From Octopus vulgaris (taxonomy: Eukaryota): DNA of 64,000 bases. The notes under the pieces were generated by a model. The model had not been told where the DNA came from, did no database searches, and was given only the letters and a program-made list of their open reading frames with translations. Position 1 is the stretch's first letter, and each line of letters starts with the position of its first letter. The position numbers were made by a program, and so were the translations under genes. This document shows positions 40,500 through 52,850 of this stretch, in pieces. The DNA is taken from positions 48,174,001 to 48,238,000 of the forward strand of contig OX597821.1 of NCBI GenBank assembly GCA_951406725.2, in the 5' to 3' direction.

Positions 40500-41870
40500 T
40501 ATAATCAACTGCTACAAGAGTAACGAAGAGCTTTAGATAGAAATAATTACAGTGGTATCAAATTTCTGGACTTGGTCATGAAAGTTACAGAGAAGGAAAT
40601 AGCCCAATTCATTAGAAACACAATTAGGCCAGATGAAAAGCAGTTCAGTTTTGTACTACTGATGTTATTTTCTTAGTCAGATGACTTCAGGAGAAGCTTT
40701 AGCTAAGAATAAACCATTGTATTTAGCAACAGAGTACCCCACTCTGTGATTTGGTGGTTTTTAAAGAAGTTAGGGATAGACAGATAGCTTGTGAAAGCAG
40801 TACAGGTCATGTAGAGAGGTGATGTGAGTAAAGACAGACTTAACCAAAAGTACAGTGACGAATTCAGTATACAAATAAACATTCACCAGGGCTCAGTTCT
40901 AATCTCCTCCTACTCATCATTGTTCTCCAGGCTACAACAGAAAAATTCAAGACTAGCTACCTGTGGAAACTACTATATGCTGATGATCTTAGAATCAAAA
41001 CACCTTAGTAAAGACCAAAGTTCTAGTAAGCAAGAGAATGAACAAAACTCTACCCAACTCAGCTAAATGGTCCTGTTTGATATATATCGGAAAGGTGCAA
41101 GCAGGAATTCCATTCACTGTACACAGTGTAAGCTGTGGACACAGAAGAGGTGCAGTGGAATTGCAGGAAGGTTAATGGTGAAAGTGGTGTTTGTGTGTGG
41201 ATGATGCACAGTAGCCATAAAGTTTACAGATACACAGGAAATTGTTTTTCACAAATGCCCTGGAGGTTCTTTAGAGGTTGTAGATAATTTCTGTTGACTA
41301 GGTGACCTAATTAGCAGTGGGAGAGGATGTTCTGAATGTGTAAGTTGCTAGAATAAGTATAGGATGGAAAGAATTCAGAGATTTTTTTTTACCTCTGTTG
41401 GCAACAAAAGCTCTTTCCCTCTGAGTGAAAAGAAGATTGAATGATGCTTGGGTACAAAGAGCAATGCTACATGGAAGTGACATGGGCCCTCAATGCAGAG
41501 GACATGTGACAACTCGAGAGGAATGAAGCTAGTATCCTCCACTGCATGTGCAATGTCATGTGCATGCACAACAATGTGCTAGCATATTAAAAGAAAGTTA
41601 GGCATAAGAGAAATTAGATATAGTGTGCAAAAGGGAAGACTGTGCTGGTTTGGTCATGTGATGCATATGAATGAGGACAGTTGCATAAACACGTGCCAAT
41701 CACTTAAAATAGATGGAATTTGTGGAAGAGGGAGACCCAGAAAGACATGGGATGAAATATTGAAGACCATTTAAAGATGCTGACCTTTACAAAGAAGATG
41801 ACATAGGGCCAAGATGATTTGGATTTACTGCACTCAAGAAGACCCATTCACCACAGCAGAAATGATAGCC
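40500..41870 (+). mobile_element. RTE-clade LINE, old decayed copy
   Basis: HQGSVL, LLYADDL, CTQCKLWTQKRCSG, WFGHV..MNED, GRGRPRKTWDE; related to 60826-62283. Confidence 0.8.
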
Positions 41871-42329
41871 TAAACCCACCTTGGTAATGCTTATATGTGT
41901 GGGGTTCTGCTCCACATCTGCTCACTCTGCCTTGTTAAGCTTTTCCCCTCATTTTATCCTATAACACTCATCACTTCTTAATCTTTGGCTCAACTTGGCT
42001 GCTGCAGTCACCTGAGAGTGGAATAGTTACATACTACATCTGCTTTCTTTTGGTTACTTAACTTCTCTCTCCCTTGGAACCATATCTATTTCTCACTATA
42101 TTCCCTGCTCACTATTTCTATTAATCACCTCCTCTCTGTGCCTGCAGCCATTGTTCTCTGTCCCCTCTGCTATATTACATCCTTAATACTTCCCATATCT
42201 TCTATCCCTCTCAATGCCATTATATCTCTACTGTAGCCTAACCCAACCCTGGCCCATGAGCTATGCTTATATCTCTCACTATCACTTGCTACAGTCGCCT
42301 CCAGTCTGTCTCTAACCATCACCAAAACC

Positions 42330-42680
42330 GAAAGGAGTTTGTCATATATGTACTAAGGTCATGAGGGATTTAAACTTTCTCAAATGCCCAGGAGGCTCTC
42401 TTGAGGTAGTAAATAGTTCTGCTATTTAGGTGACCAAATTAGTAATGGTGATGGATGCTCTGAAAGTATTGTTTCTAGAATAAGAATAGGCTGGAGGAAG
42501 TTCAGAGGACTACTACCACTGTTGGCAACAAAAAAGAGTCTCTTTCAGAGTGAAAGGTAGGTTGTATGATGCTTGTGGGAGAACAGCTATGTTACATGGT
42601 AGTGCAACATGAGCTCTGACTGTGGCAGACATGCAAAGACTGGAGAGGAATGAAGGTAATAGGCACTGTTGGATAAATTA
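42330..42680 (+). mobile_element. RTE-clade LINE internal fragment
   Basis: Homologous to ~41250-41540 (YLGDQIS...RIRIGWRKFR). Confidence 0.7.
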
Positions 42681-43384
42681 AGTATCAGTTGTGTCCTGGG
42701 GTCGATCTAATCAACTGGCCCCTCCCAACAGAAAATTCAGGCCTAGAAAAGTAGATTGTGACAATTACAGAATATAGGAAGTAATGTAACACCAATGACT
42801 ATAAAATCCAGCTAAAATATCTCAGTTACACAAACATAAACAGAATTACTATTTAACCTTAAAATACATCGTACATATTCAATGAACCTTAATGTACAAA
42901 TTGAAATGTAAAAGAATGAAATAAATGGATTTACAAATGAAAGTTTGGCAATTGCGTTTATTTCCACTGCGCAACACTTATTATTGCAAACATGTTTTAA
43001 CTAACCTAAACTATACACACACACACGAATACATTCATAAATATATGTCTCAAGTTATAGCTGTAATTCAAAGGGGTCGGCTTTGTCATATTCTGTGTGA
43101 GGTTGAATCTCCTTCAGAACTACGTTAATGTTATGCATGTCTGTGGAGTACTCAACCATTCATGAGTTAATTTTATCCTCGTGTGGTAATGAAAAGTGAA
43201 ATTGACATCCAATATTTGCTATGTGTATGTATCTATGTATGAACTTTTCTTTGGATTTATGTATCTACAGTCTCTCTCACTTTCTCTCTTTCTCTTTCAC
43301 TTCCTTTGTGTCCCTCTTCTCTCCAGCTGTTGATTTAACAATATGTATATATATCTATGTATCTACTTCTCTTGCAACTGAGAT

Positions 43385-43640
43385 AAACATTTAAAAACAC
43401 AAAACAGATGCTGTCACCACTCACCGTCTCTTTCACTCTCTCTTTCTTTCTCTCTCACTCTCTTTCTTTCTCTCTTACGTCCTCTCTGAAACATTTAAAA
43501 GCACAAAACAAATGCTGTCACCACTCACTGTTTCTTCACTCTCTCTCTCTCTCTCTCTTTTCTCTTCTACTTCTGCTCTGAAACATTTAAAAACACAAAA
43601 CAAACGCCAACACCACCCACTGTCTCTTTCAATCTCTCTC
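43385..43640. repeat. Three ~45-bp units separated by (TC)-rich tracts
   Basis: AAACATTTAAAA.CACAAAACA...CACCAC.CAC at 43385, 43489, 43581. Confidence 0.85.
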
Positions 43641-44875
43641 TCTTTCTCTCTCACTCCCTATCTTTCTCCCTCACACTTTCTCTCTCTCTCTCTCTCTTAC
43701 TTCCTCTCTGTCCTCCTCTCTCTCACTTTGCCACTTCTTTGAAGTAAGTGTGACACACACAAGAGGTACACGGAAAAACAAAAAGTTAGTGTATTAATAT
43801 TATTGATGATATACACATGCGCACACATGCACACACACACACACACACACACACATGCATACACACACACATGCACACACACACACACACATACACACAC
43901 ACATACATACACACACATGCACACACACACATGCATACACACACATACACACATGTACGGGGGCATAATAATAAAAAACAACTACTGTATATGAGAAGTA
44001 GCAAAAGGAAGATCTACCTTTCTCTTCCATCCCATACTCTCTGCTATTATATATGGAGCAACAACAACAACAACAGCAACAACAGGAGGAGGATCTTGCC
44101 TCTCTCTTTCCAATGCCATCCATTCTACCCTGTAGAACACCCTACATCTTATATTCCATCTAACTCACGACAATGCCAACTAATGGTTCAGCAATTTTTT
44201 TCTCTTAATGAGAACAATCAATGTCTCACATATAATTTTGTGATCTTTCTTTTGCCATTTTATCAATTATTATTTAATTTTTCCTTCATCATATCCTCCT
44301 TCATTTCTCATTTTTCCCAATAAGTTTATGCAATTGCCCCACCACTTCTCTCCATATCCTTCTCCATTCTATTATTTTAGTTAAAGTGAAACATGAAATT
44401 TTGATGTAGTCTTGTCACTGGCAATTAAATTTTATACCTCCTTTCCCAGTCCACTATTACCTGCACCAGTGATACAATCACCACTGCCATCACTGCCACC
44501 ACCACCACCACCACATCCTATCACCCTACCCACCATTCTACACGAAAAGGAAATAAATAAAAGAGAACAAAAGATAGAGAACAAAAGTAACCTTCTAGAG
44601 AACAATGATAGCTATTATCTGTTTTTATGTGGTGCTTGTAGGAAGCAAATGAAAATGGATTTTGTTGTTGTTGTTGCAGTTATTAATTTTAAAATTTATT
44701 TTTCGTAATTTATTTTTTAATCATTTGATATTCTTGACGATTAAAGTAGAGCAAACATCATAAAATGACTAAAGGTCCCCAGGTAGAGATATAAAATAAA
44801 ACAGAAGCAACTAGTGATTATGTAATGAACAATGATATTTAGGTGTTACACTAATTATAAACATGTGTGTGTGTG

Positions 44876-47113
44876 TGCGTGTATGTAACCAGTGTCAAGG
44901 GTTTTGCAACATGTGTGCGTGTATGTAACCAGTGTCAAGGGTTTTGCAACGGCATGTGTGCATGTATGTAATCAGTGTCAAGGGTTTTGCAACGGCATGT
45001 GTGAGTGTATGTAACCAGTGACAAGGGTTTTGCAACAGCATGCGTGCGTGTATGTAACCAGTGTCAAGGGTTTTGCAACGGCATGTGTGCGTGTATGTAA
45101 CCAGTGTCAAGGGTTTTGCAATGGCATGTGTACGTGTATGTAACCAGTGTCAAGGGTTTTGCAACGGCATGTGTGCGTGTATGTAACCAGTGTCAAGGGT
45201 TTTGCAACGGCATATATGCGTGTATGTAACCAGTGTCAAGGGTTTTGCAACGGCATGTGTGCGTGTATGTAACCAGTGTCAAGGGTTTTGCAACGGCATG
45301 TGTGCATGTATGTAACCAGTGTCAAGGGTTTTGCAACGGCATGTGTGCATGTATGTAACCAGTGTCAAGGGTTTTGCAACGGCATGTGTGCATGTATGTA
45401 ACCAGTGTCAAGGGTTTTGCAACGGCATGTGTGCGTGTATGTAACCAGTGTCAAGGGTTTTGCAATGGCATGTGTGTGTGTATGTAACCAGTGTCAAGGG
45501 TTTTGCAACGGCATGTGTGCGTGTATGTAACCAGTGTTAAGGGTTTTGCAACGGCATGTGTGCGTGTATGTAACCAGTGTCAAGGGTTTTGCAACAGCAT
45601 GTATGCGTGTATGTAACCAGTGTCAAGGTTTTTGCTACAGCATGTGTGCGTGTATGTAACCAGTGTCAAGGGTTTTGCAACGGCATGTGTGCATGTATGT
45701 AACCAGTGTCAAGGGTTTTGCAATGGCATGTGTGCGTGTATGTAACCAGTGTCAAGGGTTTTGCAATGGCATGTGTGCGTGTATGTAACCAGTGTCAAGT
45801 GTTTTGCAACGGCATGTGTGCATGTATGTAACCAGTGTCAAGGGTTTTGCAACAGCATGTGTGCATGTATGTAACCAGTGTCAAGGGTTTTGCAATGGCA
45901 TGTGTGCATGTATGTAACCAGTGTCAAGGGTTTTGCAATGGCATGTGTGCGTGTATGTAACCAGTGTCAAGGGTTTTGCAACAGCATGCGTGCGTGTATG
46001 TAACCAGTGTCAAGGGTTTTGCAACGGCATATGTGCGTGTATGTAACCAGTGTCAAGGGTTTTGCAACGGCATGTGTGCGTGTATGTAACCAGTGTCAAG
46101 GGTTTTGCAACAGCATGTGTGCGTGTATGTAACCAGTGTCAAGGGTTTTGCAACGGCATGTGTGCATGTATGTAACCAGTGTCAAGGGTTTTGCAACGGC
46201 ATGTGTGCATGTATGTAACCAGTGTCAAGGGTTTTGCAACGGCATGTGTGCGTGTATTTAACCAGTGTCAAGGGTTTTGCAATGGCATGTGTGCGTGTAT
46301 GTACCCAGTGTCAAGGGTTTTGCAACGGCATGTGTGCATGTATGTAACCAGTGTTAAGGGTTTTGCAACGGCATGTGTGCGTGTATGTAACCAGTGTCAA
46401 GGGTTTTGCAACAGCATGTATGCGTGTATGTAACCAGTGTCAAGGGTTTTGCTACGGCATGTGTGCGTGTATGTAACCAGTGTCAAGGGTTTTGCAACGG
46501 CATGTGTGCATGTATGTAACCAGTGTCAAGGGTTTTGCAACGGCATGTGTGCGTGTATGTAACCAGTGTCAAGGGTTTTGCAATGGCATGTGTGCGTGTA
46601 TGTAACCAGTCTCAAGTGTTTTGCAACGGCATGTGTGCATGTATGTAACCAGTGTCAAGGGTTTTGCAACAGCATGTGTGCATGTATGTAACCAGTGTCA
46701 AGGGTTTTGCAATGGCATGTGTGCATGTATGTAACCAGTGTCAAGGGTTTTGCAATGGCATGTGTGCGTGTATGTAACCAGTGTCAAGGGTTTTGCAACG
46801 GCATGTGTGCGTGTATGTAACCAGTGTCAAGGGTTTTGCAACGGCATGTGTGCGTGTACGTAACCAGTGTCAAGGGTTTTGCAACAGCATGTGTGCGTGT
46901 ATGTAACCAGTGTCAAGGGTTTTGCAACAGCATGTGTGCATGTATGTAACCAGTGTCAAGGGTTTTGCAATGGCATGTGTGCATGTATGTAACCAGTGTC
47001 AAGGGTATTGCAACGGCATGTGTGCATGTATGTAACCAGTGTCAAGGGTTTTGCAATGGCATGTGTGCGTGCATGTAACCAGTGCCAATGGTTTTGCAAC
47101 GGCATGTGTGTGT
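44876..47113. repeat. 43-bp minisatellite, ~52 copies
   Basis: Unit GTGTATGTAACCAGTGTCAAGGGTTTTGCAACGGCATGTGTGC; period checked at 45061/45104; first unit is 40 bp. Confidence 0.98.
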
Positions 47114-47312
47114 GGGCAACTAAGGCACATGCATTGTATACACACACACATGAAGTTTTCACAATTCAACAATTCATGATTGTATGGCTCTGCTTGAAAA
47201 AGAAGAGCAAATTATACTAAATATATATATTAAGATAAATCTTACTTGGAAGTGGATGCATGGCATTCCAACATATAATAACAAAATAGTGAAAGAGAAA
47301 GAGAGAAAGTGA

Positions 47313-47424
47313 GAAATCAGACTGGAGCCTGGTGCAGCTTCCTGGCTTCCCAGATCTCGGTTGAACTGTCCAACCCGTGCTAGCATGGAAAACGGACGTT
47401 GAACGATGATGATGATGATGATGA
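47313..47424 (+). mobile_element. RTE LINE extreme 3' end
   Basis: Same tail as 18263-18353, ending (GAT)n. Confidence 0.8.
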
Positions 47425-47787
47425 TATATATATACTAGCTGAGTATCCTGTCTTTGACATGTAATTTTCACAATAAAATATCTTGCCAGATTTTTGGAAT
47501 AGCATACCTACAAATATTGGATTTTCTTCCTTTCGACAGGGATTTTTCAAATTTTTTTTGCACCACACCCTCGCAAATGAGGGGGTGAAGCTGTTAATGA
47601 AAAAATTTTTTGAAAGTTTATGAATCTCTCCTCCCCCTCTTCTATACCGATTTTGTCCAATTTTTTGCATTATGTACAATGGGAGAAGCCTTTTTATTAA
47701 AAAGAAATTTAAATCTTCTGGAAAATTCAGGAATTATTTCAAACTCCTCTTCCCAACCCAGTGCTAATTGTGGCCAAAGTTTTTGCA

Positions 47788-47818
47788 ATACTTTTCTGTT
47801 AGTAAATATGTATTTTTT

Positions 47819-47873
<55 letters not shown>

Positions 47874-48592
47874 GCACACAGACACAAACACACATTATAG
47901 TGTGGGGGTTAAAAATTTAAATTAAAACATTATTTTTTGTTGTTTAAATCCCAGCAATTGATCACTGCATCATCATTCTATTAAATATGTTTATGGGGAG
48001 AAAAATATTGAAAAACATCAATAGATGTCAGGGTGACATAGAAATAGGTAAGGGTGTAGGATATGCTAGAAGCAACAGCTAAATCTCCCTTAAATCACAC
48101 ACTTTTTTTGTCTGAAAATTAGTTTGAAATTATAAACAGAAACAGATTGCAGATTTGGACAGTCCATATTTTAAAACTATGATGAAAAAGAATTTCAAAA
48201 AAATTTAGGATTTATGGAAGGGTGGAGTTAATGAAAAGTTTTAAAAAGATTTCACTATTTTTAAAAAATTATGTTTCATTTTCCATTTGAAAATAAAATA
48301 TAAAAACTTAAAAACAAAAGGAAAAGCCTTGAAGGTTAAAGAGTATTCTTGAAATCAGTGATCACCATTACAATCTCCACTTCCTTTATTTCTCCCCATA
48401 AACACATTTTATGGAATGGTGATGCAGTGGTCCATTAGTGAAAATTATACAACAACAAAATAAATTTTGTAATTCAAATTTTAACCCCCACCCCACATCA
48501 AGTGAGTCTGTGTGTGCATGTGTGTGTGTGTGTGTGCGTGTGTGTGCATGTGTGTGTGTAAGAAAAAAATATATTTACTCACAGAAAAGTAT
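47788..48592. repeat. Diverged inverted repeat, ~210-bp arms, ~385-bp spacer
   Basis: 47788-48003 versus 48389-48592, including (CA)n/(TG)n, GGGGGTTAAAA/TTTTAACCCCC and TTTATGGGGAGAAA/TTTCTCCCCATAAA. Confidence 0.8.
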
Positions 48593-50125
48593 GCTTTTAA
48601 AATAAATTATCTTTTACATACCTTTTAAAATGACTCTGTCATCCTAATGAAATTCCTTACACACATACATACACACACACATTCAGCACGATCAATATAC
48701 TTTCATAGAGAGTGAAAGAGTATGTGGTAAATTTATATATATATATGGGAAAAGAGAGAATGTTTACCATGAGGAAAGTGAAAAATGTTTTGGTTATGTT
48801 GTTTGATGCCCTTCCTAACACCAATTTGACAGAGTGTACTGGCTGCTTTTTTTTTGTGGCCCCAACACTAGAGAGGCATTGTGTTTTTGATAAGGCTAAA
48901 GGGCCCTACTAGCTTTACACTTTACTGTCATGGAAGCAACTGCATGCTGGGATCAGGGGTCCATTTCCCTAAAACCCACTACATTCATAAACCCAACCCT
49001 TAATGAGTCTTCAGTATTGTGAGGCCAGTGAATGATCCTTACCCACTAATGATTCTCCTGGAGTAGCAGCCCAGGATGTTCAAATCAGCACAATTAGGGA
49101 CCACATGATACTAAGGATCACATGATCACTTGGTTGTTCTTGCTAGGTGGCTCTGTCCTCCTCTTATAGCATGTGTTGTTGAGTAACATGTCCGATAGTA
49201 GACTCTGCTACCTTGAGTTTCCCAGTAATGTCTCTTGTTTACCCACTGACATTGTTAGAAAAGATACCTTTGACCTGCTGGGAGAACCTGACCATCCTGA
49301 CAATAATGGGCCTTTCAGAATGTTACTTTTTCTTGGTCACAAAAAAACAGATCTCTGCCAGACACTTTCCACTAAAGTTCCTCACTTCCAATTTCACTCA
49401 AAAGGCATTGGTCAGCCTGTAGCTACAGTAGTAACCTGTGCCCAAGATGCACAACCACATATTTGTTAAGGGATGTATGTAACCACACAGCCATATCCGT
49501 GTCTTTATTTTGATATTTAAAATCGTTAACTGTTTGCAGTCATTAGATTATTGTTGGTTATGACTGGTGTTTCATTGATTTCCATCAAAAGAATTATTTG
49601 CTGTTATTTCTTGGATTAATCATTTATCAGTAATAAGGAGCCAGAGGAATCTATTAAGAAGTGAAAGCTAAATGCAAATACAGGTTTTAATTGAGACACA
49701 AGAAGAGGGGATTAGTCAATACCAGTACTTCATTCATATCTAATTTTATCATTCTATAACATTCTATAACATTCAAAGTTGATCTTAGTGGGGTTTGAAC
49801 TCAGAATGTACAAAGTCAGAAGAAATAAACAAGGCATTTTCTCTAATGCTCCAATGATTTTAATGCTTGTAGCGAGTTTCTGTAATGCTAAATAGATGAA
49901 GAGATAACTCTGTTGCTGTAAAAAAGCATTGTTCTGTTGGTGTTCCTTTCTGTCAACAAAACTTTATACAGCACCCCTTACATCCTACAGTGAACTGTTC
50001 ACCTATTTCAAGTTTATTATCTGAATTGTCATAGACAATGTGTCTTGCACTGTATCCTCTGACTGAGCAATGCCTTGTGAGTGAATTTGGTGGATGGAAA
50101 CTGTATGGAAGCCTATAATATATAT

Positions 50126-50270
50126 ATAATTATAAAATATAATTATAATTAAGTGCTACTGGATATAGAGAAAAAATTTTAGAGTGGATTATAGGTATTT
50201 GACATCTACTTCTATTGCAGATTTTGGTTATATCCAGTAGCCCTGAATTATAATTATATTTTATAATTAT
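50126..50270. repeat. Fold-back inverted repeat, ~42-bp arms
   Basis: ATAATTATAAAATATAATTATAATT...GCTACTGGATATA mirrored at 50229-50270. Confidence 0.85.
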
Positions 50271-50272
50271 AT

Positions 50273-50482
50273 ACTCTTTTACTCTTTTACTTGTTTCAGT
50301 CATTTGACTGTGGCCATGCTGGAGCACTGCCTTTAGTCGAGCAAATTGACCCCAGGATATTCTTTGTAAGCCTAGTACTTAATCTATTGGTCTCTTTAGC
50401 CGAACCGCTAAGTTACAGGGACATAAACACACCACCATCAGTTGTCAAGCGATGTTGGGGGGACAAACACAGACACACACAA

Positions 50483-50535
<53 letters not shown>

Positions 50536-50693
50536 TACGACGGGCTTCTTTCAGTTTCCGTCTACCAAATCCACTCACAAGGCTTTAGTCAGCCCGAGGC
50601 TATAGTAGAAGACACTTGCCCAAGGTGCCATGCAGTGGGACTGAACCCGGAACCATGTGGCTGGTAAACAAGCTACTTACCACATAGCCACTC
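50273..50693 (-). mobile_element. tRNA-derived SINE (family A), full length
   Basis: Colinear with 4484-4862. Confidence 0.9.
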
Positions 50694-51357
50694 CTATATG
50701 GTCACTTTTATGCACTAGGCCACTGATATAATCATTTTTTTATTATATTCTTATAAGAATAAATTATTCTAAAGTTCTCTGGTCAGTATATTATTGTATG
50801 GGACTGCATTTACTCTGTAATATTTCTAACATTAACTGTGTGGCCGAGATGGGCTGGTAGATAGAATGTATACACAGGAAATCCCTATATGTATTGGTAT
50901 CCATGAATGTATTTATCAAGACATACATGTATTTCTCATTTACATATTATTGATATACTTCTAATGATGAATGCAGAGCAATTTCTTGCAGACCATGAAA
51001 TCTCGAGGTATAGTTATCCCAAATTTTTGTATACTTTCTTGCTCATTCCCTTGCGTTAGACATGTGGTTGAGTATAGAGAACAAATTTTATTGTTGATTG
51101 TAGGTATTTCACATCTCCTTCCGGCACAGGCACTGGTTATATCCAGTAGCCCTTCATTATAATTATATTTCATAATTAGAGGTATTAAAAAATTCACCTA
51201 TATGGTAACTTTTATGCACTAGGCCACTGATATATGCATTTTTTAATTATATCCTTATCTCATAAGTATATATATTTACATATATATATATATGTAAATC
51301 TTGAGCAATGCAAATGAATACTCAACACCACATTGGTGGATAAAATTTCTTTATTTT

Positions 51358-51555
51358 TGTATTAAGGCTATCATTGGTTTTACGTTAAGAGAATGTCTTA
51401 ATATCTTAACAATTTTTCAAGCAATTATATAAAGGAATGGTGTTCATCTCCATTTGGCAGACAAATGAGCATCATTCCTCCATGTGATTGGCTTGAAAAA
51501 TCCTTGAAATATTAAGATATTTTCTTAACATGAAACCAATGGTAGCCTTAATACA
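51358..51555. repeat. Fold-back inverted repeat, ~90-bp arms
   Basis: 51358-51447 versus 51465-51555 (TGTATTAAGGCTA.CATTGGTTT...). Confidence 0.85.
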
Positions 51556-51652
51556 CATATATATTATATACATCCATATATATATATATAGGTATGTTGG
51601 TGCAAACAGGAAAAGGAAAACTCAGAATATGAGCATATGTATAATTTTATTA

Positions 51653-51724
51653 ATATTTAGCAGAAGTAACAGCAACACATGAAACTCTTGGACCTTAATT
51701 CACTCTGTTACTTCTCCTAAATAT
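51653..51724. repeat. Fold-back inverted repeat, ~20-bp arms
   Basis: ATATTTAGCAGAAGTAACAG / CTGTTACTTCTCCTAAATAT. Confidence 0.8.
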
Positions 51725-51734
51725 CAATCAATAT

Positions 51735-52850
51735 CGAAATTGCGAAGATAATCTGGTACTTGACTGAAGAAAGAAAACTTCGAATGACCCATCCTTGTTT
51801 TCTTTGTATCGTCTGTCTTGATGTTTTATTGTCCCAGTCTTGTATCACCTAACTGTCCGGATGTCTTGCGTTCTTGTCCCATTTTGTATTTTATATATAT
51901 ATACACACACACATATATATATATATACACACACACATATATATATACACACACACACATACACACATATAAATACACATATTCATGACCCGTCCTTGTT
52001 TTTTCTTGTCCTTTTTTGTATTGCCAAATTGTCCAAATATTTTGTTGTCACCTGCTACGTTCTTGTCCCATTTTTTATTTTGTTTTTTTATATATACATA
52101 TAGTGGTGCACGTACACTTTTGGTCTCCTATATGTAAGTACATACATATATATCTAAATTCTGTACAACTCTTTTACTCTTTCTTTTAGTCCCCTTCACA
52201 CTTTCTTCATTCCTTCCACTTTTCTTTTTCTCGCTCCCACCCTCTCTCACATTTCTTGGCCTTCCCTTCATTCTCATCCCTTTCCCTCACTCTGTTCCTT
52301 ACCTTTTCTCTCTCTTTTTCATCCCTCTCTAATTCTTCAATCACTATACCCCTACCCTCTCTCCTCTCCTTCCATGTGACCAGTGTTTGGCCAAGCCTGA
52401 CCTTTTTTTCTTGGTTCGACTACCATCTGTGTAGCATCTCTTATATTCCTTCCCATGACTTTCATCTTCTATGTTTCTGTCGTAAAGCTTCACTTCCACA
52501 CACGCTAGCTTAATTTAATTTCTCCTTAGTCGAAAGACACCTGTTGTTGATGTCCTGATGTTTGTATTTGTAATCATGTACCATTTCTCCGTTTTTTCAT
52601 CCTTGTTTACGTATACATTCACTTGTTTTCTTCTAAAGAATCTAGTGATCTTAGCTTAGATTTTATTGAGGCCGGCCAGATTAGAGCATTCTTGAGAGTA
52701 ACTGGCCAAAACTGGTACTTGACTGAAGATTGAAAGCTCTGAATGACCTGTCCTTGTTTTTTCCTGTCCTTTTTTAGTATCATCTAACTGTCCAAATGTT
52801 TTGTTGTCGCCTATTACATTCTTGTTTCATTTTTGTTTTGTTTTTATATA
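51735..52850 (+). repeat. Three partial direct copies of a non-coding repeat, each ending in (TA)n
   Basis: CTGGTACTTGACTGAAGA...ATGACC..TCCTTGTTTT...TTCTTGT..CATTTT at ~51754, ~51986 (partial) and ~52712. Confidence 0.7.

Noticed and set aside
44876-47113. CRISPR array or Cys-rich repeat protein
   Set aside because: No unique spacers, no cas genes, eukaryotic context; 43 is not a multiple of 3 and the frames contain stops.
52655-52750. Further hammerhead-like words (ATTGAGGCC...GGCCAAAA; CTGAAGA...GAAT), also CTGATGA at 7577, 7977 and 25454
   Set aside because: Core or stems cannot be completed.
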